DNA of 36,223 bases from a bacterium (GCA_016192885.1 JACPTH010000181.1:1-36223), one strand, 5' to 3'; positions 7,963-16,914 are shown, counted from the stretch's first letter. The notes: generated from the letters alone by a model not told the origin. Made by a program: numbers and translations.

Positions 7963-9531
7963 ATGAAAATAATTGGAACTACGTTTACCAAGGGGTATAA
8001 GCCCGCGATTTTTCACAATTCCCCGATTCATAGTTTTTTTGAAAATTTGCAAGCCGTTTTGCGATCGATTGATAAAACTGGCGGATTAGACCATCTTTTC
8101 GCGAAGCCCTATTTTGAAGGTGGAGACCTCAGCCAAGCTTCAGAAATAAAATGGATGAGCGAACTTTCCGGCGAACCATCCTCATTTTCTCAGCTTCCAA
8201 AGCCGACCCAGAAGGTTGTGGGCGAAGCCCTGGCGAGGAGTTTGGAAGGCATTCGAGAATACGGTCGCAGTTTTGAAGATTCTTCAGGCTTGGAAAAACA
8301 GTACGCCGATTTCCTAAAAGCGATTTCAATTTCTCCTGAAATGCAGCATGTTATTGTTATCAACGAGAAAATACCTGTTCTTGTTCACTGGGGTTTCATC
8401 CGCGAGGAAACGAATCCCAACCTTGCTCTTTTCGTGGGTTGGACCGACATGATTGCTCAACTGAAACCCAAGAGTCCCGATGCTGAAAAAAAACCTGCGA
8501 TACAAGGCGAAACAAATCCGGTAAATGAAAAGAAAAACGCCGCTCAACCCGAACCTGAGAAAAAAGCCCCGACTTCAGAGCAAACACCAAAGGAAAGCCT
8601 CGAAAAGCAACCCCCATCAAAGGAAAAAGTTCCTCCCATTCAACCCGAGCCTACTCCCGTAAAGAAAAGGTCATCTACAAAAAAATACGGATGGGTAAAG
8701 TGGTTGGCAATCCTTTTGGCGATTATTATTGTACTTCTTCTCCTTTTAAGGAAGTTAAGACCCCCTCCCTTAGTTATTCCATCAAACAAGCAACCTTCAC
8801 AGCCATCTTTAACCGGAGGAAATTCTTCCGGCCAACCTCCGTCGTCGTTGGTAGGCGCTGGTGGTGGTGGTTCAGGTGGCGGGGGCGGCGGGTCAGGCTC
8901 CGGCGGCGCGGGGTCTGCTGGAAGTGCCGGTTCCGGCGCAGGCGGTTCAGGGTCAGGCTCCGGCGGTTCAGGGTCGAACTCCGGGGCTGGAGCCGGCAAC
9001 GGGGGGGCGTCAGGCGGGCAGCAAGGCGGGTTCCCTTCCGCTCAACCTTCTAACGGAGTTGGGGGCGGAAACGCTTCTTCGCCTAATTCGGTAGCCCCAT
9101 CTAGTAATGCTTCACAATCCGCTCAAACTCCGAAACATCCTAAAGTACCAATAAAAAAAACGACCCAACCGAAAGTTTCTAATCCAAATCAAAATCACCA
9201 AACAAAGAAACCTCCAGTTCCAAAGACCCCTCCAGCTCAACCTTTGTTGATTTCCCTGGAAGTCGTCGGAACAAAGGACCAAACCCTAATTTCCTCCCCC
9301 CCCGATCCGGGGACGCAATGGAAACTAGTTCCCGACAAAGGCGGCGCATTTGACCCTGCTTTGGCGTATTTTTTAAATTCGGGTCAAAGAAACCAGGCGC
9401 GGGGTCCCAAAGTTACTCTTCACTTGATTCCGGCATCCAAGGAATATTCGGTAAAAGTTGTGGCCAAGGGTACAACCGGAATCCAAACCACCTACCATTT
9501 CAAGGTCAAATCCGGAAAGAGTGAACCGTAA
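7963..9531 (+). CDS. single-pass membrane protein: cytoplasmic N-domain, Lys/Pro/Glu linker, TM, Gly/Ser-rich spacer, Pro/Gln/Lys tract, C-terminal beta-domain (operon gene 4)
   Basis: 522-aa ORF. The TM segment is WLAILLAIIIVLLLLL (about 8692-8754). Low-complexity GGGGSGGGGGGSGSGGAGSAGSAGSGAGGSGSGSGGSGSNSGAGAGNGGASGG follows it. The C-terminal about 90 aa is rich in alternating beta-type residues (LISLEVVGTKDQ ... YHFKVKSGK). Confidence 0.75.
   Translation: MKIIGTTFTKGYKPAIFHNSPIHSFFENLQAVLRSIDKTGGLDHLFAKPYFEGGDLSQASEIKWMSELSGEPSSFSQLPKPTQKVVGEALARSLEGIREYGRSFEDSSGLEKQYADFLKAISISPEMQHVIVINEKIPVLVHWGFIREETNPNLALFVGWTDMIAQLKPKSPDAEKKPAIQGETNPVNEKKNAAQPEPEKKAPTSEQTPKESLEKQPPSKEKVPPIQPEPTPVKKRSSTKKYGWVKWLAILLAIIIVLLLLLRKLRPPPLVIPSNKQPSQPSLTGGNSSGQPPSSLVGAGGGGSGGGGGGSGSGGAGSAGSAGSGAGGSGSGSGGSGSNSGAGAGNGGASGGQQGGFPSAQPSNGVGGGNASSPNSVAPSSNASQSAQTPKHPKVPIKKTTQPKVSNPNQNHQTKKPPVPKTPPAQPLLISLEVVGTKDQTLISSPPDPGTQWKLVPDKGGAFDPALAYFLNSGQRNQARGPKVTLHLIPASKEYSVKVVAKGTTGIQTTYHFKVKSGKSEP
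8851..9030 (+). repeat. G+C-rich low-complexity coding tract (Gly/Ser/Ala repeats) inside gene 4
   Basis: Imperfect repeats such as gggtcaggctccggcgg occur twice. The local G+C is far above the flanks, which produces long spurious ORFs in other frames and on the other strand. Confidence 0.8.
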
Positions 9532-9544
9532 GGGAGAATTATTG

Positions 9545-12028
9545 ATGGAAGCCGACATTCTAAAACCCAACGAGCAAAAAGTAGTTGAAATGGCAAGAGG
9601 GTTGGAAGACATTCTTCAACAAAGTCTTGGCTGGGCTCAAACACACCTTAAGCAACCCCAAGTTCAGTCTTTTATTCTAAAAACTTTGCAACAAAAAAAG
9701 GGCACCGCGAAAAAAATCCTTGATTCAGCCTATAGGCCTATCGCCCTGGGCGTTTTTGGGTCGAGTCAATGCGGAAAGTCATATCTCGTATCCGAATTAA
9801 TTAAGGGTGACCAAAAGGCGCTTGAGATTTACATTAGCGGGAAGAATGGAACGCCGGTTTTAAAGGATTATTTGGAGACAATAAATCCTGCCGGCGGAAG
9901 AGAAAGCACCGCGCTAATTACGCGTTTCACTAAACGCCCATACGCCGAAGTTCGCGGGTGTTCCATACACGCTCGGCTTATCAGTCGCACAGATATTATT
10001 AAAATTCTCTTAAACGGGTTTCTTTTCGAATGCGTGTCCGATTTCACCCCCTCCGCGGATGATCTTCTTAAGCTGAAAAATTCCTTTCGAGGAATTCCTC
10101 GTGACCCCGTTCCCGTATTTAGCGCTGATGATATTTGGGACATCCAAGATTATGCCAAGCGCCACTTTCGCAACCAGTTTTTAAAAATGCTTGAAGATAT
10201 AAATTATAAATTGACCGAGTTGTATAGGTCACTGCATAAGGCTTTGGGAGACCTTGGAGACCAGGTGGTCGGGCTTTATGACGAATCCCTTGTCCCTCGG
10301 GAAAAAAGCATCATTGATATTGAACGTTTATATTCCCTAGGGAAACCTGGAAACCGAAAGTGCGCGGTAGTTCCAGCGAGCGGGGGAGCCGTAGAATTTG
10401 ATACTTCGTTTTTGTGCGCTCTCACCCGAGAGCTAATTTTAAAAGTTCCCCAGGAAGTAACGAATTCCTTGCTTGACCAAATGGACGTCCTTGATTTTCC
10501 CGGGGCACGCTCGCGAGAACAAGTTTTTGACCAAAGTAAACTTGCTTCAGACCCCTTGGCGTTATCGGAGGTTTTTAAACGCGGGAAAGTCGCGTACTTG
10601 TTCGACCGGTCTTCCGACGACCGCGATATAACGGGGTTGGTTCTTTGCCAGGAAGGAGGTCCCCAAGAAGCTAAATCCCTTCCGTACATGATTAACAAAT
10701 GGATTGAATGGAGCCATGGACCGAATCCAAAATCCCGCCAAGGAAAACCGCTTCTTCTTTTTCACGTTTTTACCAAATTCGATCTCGACCTTATCTGGAA
10801 AAAGGGGGAAGACCAGAACGTTCGTTGGGAAAGCAGGTTAAAAAGTAACTTTGAAGAGTTTTTTGGAAGAGCGGGCGATTGGGTCGTAAATTGGGATGAG
10901 ACCGGCGCTTTTCGAAATTGTTTTTGGGTGAGAAATCCGAACGTTCAGCAAACCGTTTTTGGTCGCAAGGACGGGTTGGAATTTATTAGGGAAGAAACTC
11001 AATTGGCCGAAACGAAAGCGCAATATTGCCGCCATGAACTTGTTCGAAAACATTTCCGGAATCCGGAAGAAGCCTGGGACGAAGCCGCTAGCCCTAACCA
11101 TGCCGGGATTCCTTATCTTAAAGATCGAATTAGAAAGACTATTGAGCCGAACTCTAAGGTCATTCAACTTGGAAGCAATATTCAAGCAATTCTTCATGAT
11201 GTTAAAACGCATCTAAAGCCTTATCACGTGGGTGACGACGTTAGTCAAGCGCGTTTGGCCGCGGAAGAGAGAGCTAAGAAACGCCTTTCCGCCTTGATGA
11301 AGGCGATGCCGACCAGATATTCTCTCGCATTTATGCTTGACCACGAGCGATTCGCGATATCCGAAAAAACGGTCGCGATGATTTACGATTCCATCGTAAA
11401 CCCGATGATTGACGAGAAAAGCGACGATGAGAAAGATTCAAGTTCACTTTCCATTGAATCTCCTCGTTTTGATGAAAGTATTTTTGAGATTCCCGGAGTC
11501 GAAACACAAAAAGAGCCTGAAAAAGTTGCTAAGCCTCCAATGAAGAAGGGGGATTTGTTCGCAAAAGCCGTAATAGACCGTTGGCACGAGCAGTTAATTC
11601 AAATGACCGCCGATCTGGAATTCCAAAGGGAAATCGAGCTTGATTCAGAATGGTTAACCGATATTACCCAGGAGTTAATGAAGGGGGCTTCAAGGTTTTC
11701 CTTGTACGAAAAGATATCAGAAGACAGCGATAAAAGACTAAATTCCCCGGCTTCAACAAAATTAATGCGAATGCAGTCGGCTTCGACCGCTGCGCTTTTG
11801 AACCGATTTGTAACTGAATTGGGCCAGGCAAGAAAAGAAATCCAGATTCCAAAAGGCCCTCCGAAAGCCAACCTTTCGGCAAAATCATATCCCGGACTTG
11901 CGATTTACCAGCATTGGACGATGTCGCTAATAAAGCTCTTCAAGGATAATATCGCCGAAGGCGACAAGATAGATGAGGAAAGCAATTCAAAACTAAAGCG
12001 CATTTTAGATTTTTCCATTCAGTCATAG
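9545..12028 (+). CDS. SrfC-like large P-loop GTPase with dynamin-style G motifs (operon gene 5)
   Basis: ATG 9545 has AAGGGAGA upstream, while the ORF track start 9458 overlaps gene 4. G1 is GVFGSSQCGKS (9749-9781). G3 is DVLDFPGARS (10484-10513; compare dynamin DLPG). G4 is TKFD (10772-10783; compare dynamin TKLD). It is followed by a long helical C-terminal region. Confidence 0.8.
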   Translation: MEADILKPNEQKVVEMARGLEDILQQSLGWAQTHLKQPQVQSFILKTLQQKKGTAKKILDSAYRPIALGVFGSSQCGKSYLVSELIKGDQKALEIYISGKNGTPVLKDYLETINPAGGRESTALITRFTKRPYAEVRGCSIHARLISRTDIIKILLNGFLFECVSDFTPSADDLLKLKNSFRGIPRDPVPVFSADDIWDIQDYAKRHFRNQFLKMLEDINYKLTELYRSLHKALGDLGDQVVGLYDESLVPREKSIIDIERLYSLGKPGNRKCAVVPASGGAVEFDTSFLCALTRELILKVPQEVTNSLLDQMDVLDFPGARSREQVFDQSKLASDPLALSEVFKRGKVAYLFDRSSDDRDITGLVLCQEGGPQEAKSLPYMINKWIEWSHGPNPKSRQGKPLLLFHVFTKFDLDLIWKKGEDQNVRWESRLKSNFEEFFGRAGDWVVNWDETGAFRNCFWVRNPNVQQTVFGRKDGLEFIREETQLAETKAQYCRHELVRKHFRNPEEAWDEAASPNHAGIPYLKDRIRKTIEPNSKVIQLGSNIQAILHDVKTHLKPYHVGDDVSQARLAAEERAKKRLSALMKAMPTRYSLAFMLDHERFAISEKTVAMIYDSIVNPMIDEKSDDEKDSSSLSIESPRFDESIFEIPGVETQKEPEKVAKPPMKKGDLFAKAVIDRWHEQLIQMTADLEFQREIELDSEWLTDITQELMKGASRFSLYEKISEDSDKRLNSPASTKLMRMQSASTAALLNRFVTELGQARKEIQIPKGPPKANLSAKSYPGLAIYQHWTMSLIKLFKDNIAEGDKIDEESNSKLKRILDFSIQS

Positions 12029-12195
12029 TTTCTGATTAACAAAACCTATCCTTTACCCACAGAAACTTACCGAAAAAATCAACTTTCCGAGCCATTGTTT
12101 TGTCTTGGATTTCATTGATTCGAAGGGCATTTCCAACACCCAAATTATCAATTGCTTCAATTCAAAAATTTCGTTAACATTGATCGGGTAAAAAA

Positions 12196-13332
12196 ATGAT
12201 TTCATTTTCAATTGAAAAAAATTCCTCCGAATGTAGCGGAAGAACAGGAGTTCTTCGAACCCGTCGCGGAGAAATCCAAACTCCGATTTTCATGCCCGTC
12301 GGAACGCATGGGGTCGTTAAAACCCTTTCTCCAAAGGAGTTATCCGATGTCGGAGCCCGGATCATTCTAGCGAACACTTATCATTTGTTTCTTCGACCCG
12401 GATTAAGCACGCTCGACCATTTTGGAGGCCTCCATAGAATGATGTCCTGGAACGGACCAATTCTTACCGATTCCGGCGGATTTCAGGCCTTTTCTTTAAA
12501 GGCGATCAATTCAATCTCCGATAGCGGAATTAAATTCGTTTCTCACCTCGATGGGTCAAGTTATGAACTAACCCCTGAAGAATCCATGCGTATCCAGCGA
12601 ACCATCGGCTCAGAAATAATTATGTGTCTTGACGAATGCACGGATTATCCCGCCACCGAGGAAGAAGCAAGGACCGCGATGCTTCGTTCCGTAAATTGGG
12701 CGCAAAGATGTCGAAACGACCACCCCCCCAATAGAAATGAACAAGCTCTTTTCGGGATTATTCAAGGGTCCACCAATCTTAATTTGCGATTCGAATCTCT
12801 CGAAAGAACGTTGCCTATTGGTTTTGAAGGGCTGGCAATAGGGGGCTTGTCGGTCGGAGAACCGAAGGAAGAAATGATCGAAATTCTTGATCAGATTGTC
12901 GAAAAAATTCCCTCTCATCTTCCTCGATACTTAATGGGAGTCGGAACCCCCAAAGATCTCTTCATGGGAATAGAGCGAGGAATCGATATGTTCGACTGCG
13001 TAATGCCGACCCGAATAGCACGTCACGGATCGGTTTACACCCAACGCGGAAGAATAGATATTACCGCCAGCCGTTTTAAGAATTGTACTGAACCGCTTGA
13101 TTCAAAATGTTTTTGTTACGCCTGTCAAACATTTTCCCGTGGTTACCTGAGGCATCTTTTTCAAAATAAGGAGATGCTTGGAATGAGAATGGCCAGTCTC
13201 CATAATTTGGCTTTTATGTTGAACTTGACAAACCGGATTCGAAAAGCGCTAAATGAAGGAAAGTTTTTAGGCTTTAAAAAAGATTTTTTTGAAGAGTATG
13301 ATTCAAAGGAGGGAGTTTATGCCAGATCCTAA
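12196..13332 (+). CDS. tgt: queuine tRNA-ribosyltransferase (tRNA-guanine transglycosylase)
   Basis: 378 aa. Motifs: GRTGVLRTRRGEIQTPIFMPVGT, ILANTYHL, TDSGGFQ and the zinc site CFCYACQ...H. Confidence 0.95.
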   Translation: MISFSIEKNSSECSGRTGVLRTRRGEIQTPIFMPVGTHGVVKTLSPKELSDVGARIILANTYHLFLRPGLSTLDHFGGLHRMMSWNGPILTDSGGFQAFSLKAINSISDSGIKFVSHLDGSSYELTPEESMRIQRTIGSEIIMCLDECTDYPATEEEARTAMLRSVNWAQRCRNDHPPNRNEQALFGIIQGSTNLNLRFESLERTLPIGFEGLAIGGLSVGEPKEEMIEILDQIVEKIPSHLPRYLMGVGTPKDLFMGIERGIDMFDCVMPTRIARHGSVYTQRGRIDITASRFKNCTEPLDSKCFCYACQTFSRGYLRHLFQNKEMLGMRMASLHNLAFMLNLTNRIRKALNEGKFLGFKKDFFEEYDSKEGVYARS

Positions 13333-13876
13333 CCAAGAAAAGGCCCTTTTGAAGAAAGCCATGGAATTTTTTAGATCCGGCGATCTTGAAAATGCCGAGA
13401 AAAAGTTTAACGAGTTTATCGAAAATTATCCTAAAAGTGAAGTGATTGACAATGCCTGTTACAATCTCGCCCAAGTATACATGAAGCTTGGTGAAAAGCA
13501 GAAAGCCTTGGAATGGTTAAATTACTTGCTCAAGCATTTTTCGAAAAGCGACGCATGTTACATGGCAAAAGATGAGCAAATAGCGTTAATGCAAGAACTT
13601 GGCATTGCCCCTTCGGAGATTCCCGACGATCTATTTCAATCGGGGAAGAAAGCGTATGCTGCGGGAGAATTTGACCAAGCGGAAGAAATTTTCCTGTCCT
13701 TTATTCAAAAATACCCTGATTGCGACCTTTTGGATAACGTTCATTTTAACCTCGCTTTAATCTACAAGAAACGCGGAGATATCGAAAAAGCAAAACAGCA
13801 AGTTGACATTATTCTGGAGCGATTCCCGGAAAGCGATTCCGCAACCTATGCCCAAGATTTGCTTTTAGAAGATTAA
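13319..13876 (+). CDS. TPR protein of the YbgF/BamD-like type
   Basis: Two copies of the pattern F..FI..YP.S...DN..YNLA.VY.K.G....A. ATG 13319 has AAGGAGGGA upstream and overlaps the tgt stop by 14 nt. Confidence 0.7.
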   Translation: MPDPNQEKALLKKAMEFFRSGDLENAEKKFNEFIENYPKSEVIDNACYNLAQVYMKLGEKQKALEWLNYLLKHFSKSDACYMAKDEQIALMQELGIAPSEIPDDLFQSGKKAYAAGEFDQAEEIFLSFIQKYPDCDLLDNVHFNLALIYKKRGDIEKAKQQVDIILERFPESDSATYAQDLLLED

Positions 13877-13879
13877 GGC

Positions 13880-14491
13880 GTGGTTATCCCTCTACCAACT
13901 GTCATTTTCGTGGTTGGATTGGCGGGCACAGGCAAAACAACATTTTCAAAGCTTCTTGCAGAAAAATTAGAAAACTCTTTCTTGATTAACAAGGATTCGA
14001 TTAACAACTCATTCCTTATTAAAAAATTCATTGTTGAGGATCGGCCCCCAAAAATACTGAAAAATCTTTCGTATTGTCGCGCAAGTAAATTTTATTTCGA
14101 CCATGTTAGAATGCAGTCATACCTTTGCATGTTAAATTTGGCTGCGGATAATCTAAAAATCGGAAAACACCCAATTCTAGACGGGAATTTTACCAAGGAA
14201 ATAATTAACGGCAACTTTAAGCGAAATTTTCTCCCTTTTTTTGAAAAAACACCCGGGCACTCCGCGAAAGTGATTCTTTGTACAAGCGAGGAGAAAACCC
14301 TGAAAGCGAGGATTCTCTCTAGGGCTTTAAAAAGAGATCGGGAAAAAACGCTTTCAGCGGAATCTTGGAGCGATTTTTTTTCTCAACAAACCGCCATTGA
14401 AATCGAATTGGAAGGTGTTGACCATTTTAAGATCGAAACAACGACGGATTCTAAACAGGTTTTAGAAAAAGCGTTGAGCTTTATTCTGTAG
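13880..14491 (+). CDS. P-loop ATP-binding protein (small kinase-like, AAA_33/zeta-like)
   Basis: GTG start 4 nt after the previous stop. The Walker A motif VGLAGTGKTTFSKLLAEKL is at the N-terminus. 203 aa. Confidence 0.6.
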   Translation: MVIPLPTVIFVVGLAGTGKTTFSKLLAEKLENSFLINKDSINNSFLIKKFIVEDRPPKILKNLSYCRASKFYFDHVRMQSYLCMLNLAADNLKIGKHPILDGNFTKEIINGNFKRNFLPFFEKTPGHSAKVILCTSEEKTLKARILSRALKRDREKTLSAESWSDFFSQQTAIEIELEGVDHFKIETTTDSKQVLEKALSFIL

Positions 14492-14504
14492 GTGATTTTC
14501 CTTC

Positions 14505-16376
14505 GTGATTGACCGTCTCATCAAAAATTGGGTTCCCTATTGGCCTGGTTTCCTGGTCTTGGTGGTTCCTTTCCTTTGGACGGCAAGCGAAACTTTTACC
14601 ATCTCCTTTATACAAATTGCGTCATTGCTTCTTTTAATTCTTCTTTTGCAAACACATTATTTTCAGTACGGAAGCGAAGCCTCCCAAAGATTCTTTCAGA
14701 TGTGTCTAGCTTGGTTGGTAATTTTGGGAATCTCTGCAATCCTTTCTGTAGACCCAACCACTTCCATTCCGATTTTCGTAAAAATAATTGGCTTGGCCCT
14801 AACTTGCGGAAGCATTAGATACTGTCTTTATCATGAAAGAACATCTGCGATACTTTTCATGGGGGCATCAATCTCTGCTCTTGCTCACGGCCTTTTTGGA
14901 GTATTTGAATATTTTCAAGGATTGCCTGTTCCCCCCTCGTGGCTTGACCCTGGAATGGCCGGAATCATACGCACGAGAGTCGCGGGAATTTTTGGAGATC
15001 CTAACATTTATGGGGTTTACCTTGGAGCATTGATTCCATTTATCGTTGCGGGAATCTTTATCCACCCCAATCAGGTAGCTTTTACGATTTTTTTCTCCAT
15101 CTGTCTATTTTTTGGCGGACTGGGTCTTCTTCTAAGCTTTTCCAGAGGCGCTTATTTGTCCGCAATTGCAGGCCTTGTGATTTTGGTCGCCATAAAGAAG
15201 CCGGCGTTCAATTGGAATTCTCGTAAAAAAGCCATTTCTGCGGTATTTATGGCCCTTTTCCTGGTTTTTCTTATAGGGCCTTTTAAGTACCGGTTTTTAA
15301 GCATTGTTAACCCCAAAGACATGACTCTTTCTCAACGGACCCTGATAAATAAAGGAATCTGGAATGCTTTCCCGTCAGTTCCTATATTTGGTTTCGGTCT
15401 TCACTCTTTCAATCAGGTTTATCCACGCTTTCGGGTAGTGGGCGGGGACTACCCTATGAATGCCCACAACGAATTTCTTCAATCATATTTTGAATGCGGT
15501 CTAATTTCGGTAATTTTTTTAATTGGTATGTGCGGGATACTTTTTTTTCAATTGGGCTGCTGGCTAAAAGGCAGCCGCGAACGTATTTCTTGGGAAAACG
15601 CATCTTCCGCAAGCGTTTTTATTACTTTTTTTGTACAAAATATGAGCGGGTTTTCCGACCGAATTTTCCCCACATCCATCTTGCTTGCGGTAGCCATCGG
15701 GGGAATCTTAAATGGGATGAAAGGCGAGTCTCCCTTTCAAAAATTTTCCGCTTATCACAGGTACTTCAAATGGATTGGAACGATTTTTGTGGCGCTTTTT
15801 CTCCTTTTTACGTTGAAAAATCTATACGTCCAAGTATCAATTTCGGAGGCATCTTTGGCTGTTAGGTTTGATCGATTTCTTACGGCGCAAGACATTCTTC
15901 AGGGAGTTGAAAGGATCCAAAGCAATAACCCGGTGATTCATTACCAGATGTCCGGAATCGATGAAGCCATGGGAAGGCCCGCAAGCGCCGTTGTCAGAAT
16001 TGAAAGAGCTATCGCTCTCAATCCAACCGAAGCTTTGTTTTGGGTAAAAAGATCCCGGCTTGCCCGGAAGTACAAGTTCGGGAAGGCAAATGAATACTTT
16101 CTGGAGGCAATTAAATTGGACCCGGCCTCGGAGCATTTTAGGTTGGAAATGGCATCTATACTAGCGTCTGAAGGAAAACTCACCGAAGCCATGGAACAGC
16201 TAGATTTGGCCTTGAGTTTTTCTCCTCAATTTGATGAGGTGTATAAAGCTTACAAAGAAGTAAAGAAACAAAAAGAGATTTTGAAATTCGCTTGGGAAAA
16301 ACAAATGAAAAAAGAAGCGGACGAATCAATCCCGGCTTGGAATGGAATCTCAGGTTCCCCCCCTTCTGAAAGATAA
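14505..16376 (+). CDS. O-antigen ligase (Wzy_C) family membrane protein with C-terminal TPR domain
   Basis: 623-aa polytopic ORF with SFSRGAYLS and NAHNEFLQSYFECG motifs typical of O-antigen ligase-like proteins. The C-terminal about 170 aa has TPR-like repeats. Confidence 0.8.
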   Translation: MIDRLIKNWVPYWPGFLVLVVPFLWTASETFTISFIQIASLLLLILLLQTHYFQYGSEASQRFFQMCLAWLVILGISAILSVDPTTSIPIFVKIIGLALTCGSIRYCLYHERTSAILFMGASISALAHGLFGVFEYFQGLPVPPSWLDPGMAGIIRTRVAGIFGDPNIYGVYLGALIPFIVAGIFIHPNQVAFTIFFSICLFFGGLGLLLSFSRGAYLSAIAGLVILVAIKKPAFNWNSRKKAISAVFMALFLVFLIGPFKYRFLSIVNPKDMTLSQRTLINKGIWNAFPSVPIFGFGLHSFNQVYPRFRVVGGDYPMNAHNEFLQSYFECGLISVIFLIGMCGILFFQLGCWLKGSRERISWENASSASVFITFFVQNMSGFSDRIFPTSILLAVAIGGILNGMKGESPFQKFSAYHRYFKWIGTIFVALFLLFTLKNLYVQVSISEASLAVRFDRFLTAQDILQGVERIQSNNPVIHYQMSGIDEAMGRPASAVVRIERAIALNPTEALFWVKRSRLARKYKFGKANEYFLEAIKLDPASEHFRLEMASILASEGKLTEAMEQLDLALSFSPQFDEVYKAYKEVKKQKEILKFAWEKQMKKEADESIPAWNGISGSPPSER

Positions 16377-16398
16377 TTCACAAATTCGGAGATTTTTC

Positions 16399-16833
16399 AT
16401 GAAAATTCTAGTGCTTAATGGGCCCAATCTTAACCTTCTCGGAACTCGCCAACCGGAAATCTATGGCTCCGAAACCCTTTCTTCGATCGAGCAAAGATTG
16501 CAAATGCTTGCCGAAAAACACGGGTGCAACGTAACCTTCTTTCAATCGAATCACGAAGGTGTGCTTATCGATCGAATTCAGGCCGCAAAAGATTTTAACG
16601 CAATCGTGATTAACCCCGGCGGATTAACCTACAGTAGCGTTTCCCTGAGAGATGCTTTAGGAGCTCTTCATATCCCCGTTATTGAAGTTCATATTTCAAA
16701 CATTTTCTCGCGGGAGAGATTCAGGGCAAAATCGCTAATATCTCCGATTTGCCGCGGAGTTATATCAGGGTTCGGAGGAGACGGGTATCTACTTGCCCTA
16801 CAAGCCATTTGCGGGTTCCAACCCGGAACATAA
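16399..16833 (+). CDS. aroQ: type II 3-dehydroquinate dehydratase
   Basis: Motifs: ILVLNGPNLNLLGTRQPEIYG, QSNHEG, INPGGLTYSSVSLRDA and EVHISNIFSRERFR. The ATG at 16399 lies inside the longer tracked ORF. Confidence 0.93.
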   Translation: MKILVLNGPNLNLLGTRQPEIYGSETLSSIEQRLQMLAEKHGCNVTFFQSNHEGVLIDRIQAAKDFNAIVINPGGLTYSSVSLRDALGALHIPVIEVHISNIFSRERFRAKSLISPICRGVISGFGGDGYLLALQAICGFQPGT

Positions 16834-16855
16834 AGGATATCGGTAACCGTTCAGA

Positions 16856-16914
16856 GGGGTAGAATTCAGAATCCAGAATTCAGCAGTCAGAATGATTGGA
16901 AAGTGGTTAGGAAT
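16856..16914 (+). repeat. 59-nt intergenic repeat, copy B
   Basis: 58/59 identical to 101-159. It begins 23 nt after the aroQ stop. The preceding taaccgttcagagg (16844-16857) recurs at 24863-24876. Confidence 0.85.

Noticed and set aside
8640-9094. Three long ORFs overlapping the Gly/Ser tract (8640-8999 minus, 8691-9053 plus, 8861-9094 plus), rich in Pro/Arg/Gly
   Set aside because: They are by-products of the G+C-rich low-complexity repeat inside the 522-aa gene. They have no independent start context or domain signal, and the operon frame is continuous through the region.
9458-9544. 5' extension of the SrfC-like ORF overlapping the end of gene 4
   Set aside because: The ATG at 9545 lies 13 nt past the upstream stop and has a strong AAGGGAGA Shine-Dalgarno. 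The extension starts at a non-ATG codon inside the previous gene.
12029-12195. Intergenic region upstream of tgt, inspected for a riboswitch or terminator
   Set aside because: Only a weak 6-bp stem with a 25-nt loop is present. There is no T-run and no recognisable conserved RNA motif.
101-16914. Possibility that the repeated 59-nt element marks a CRISPR array or the inverted ends of a mobile element
   Set aside because: The copies are direct and 16.7 kb apart, with ordinary housekeeping genes between them. There are no regularly spaced repeats, no cas genes and no transposase. I treat it as a dispersed intergenic repeat.
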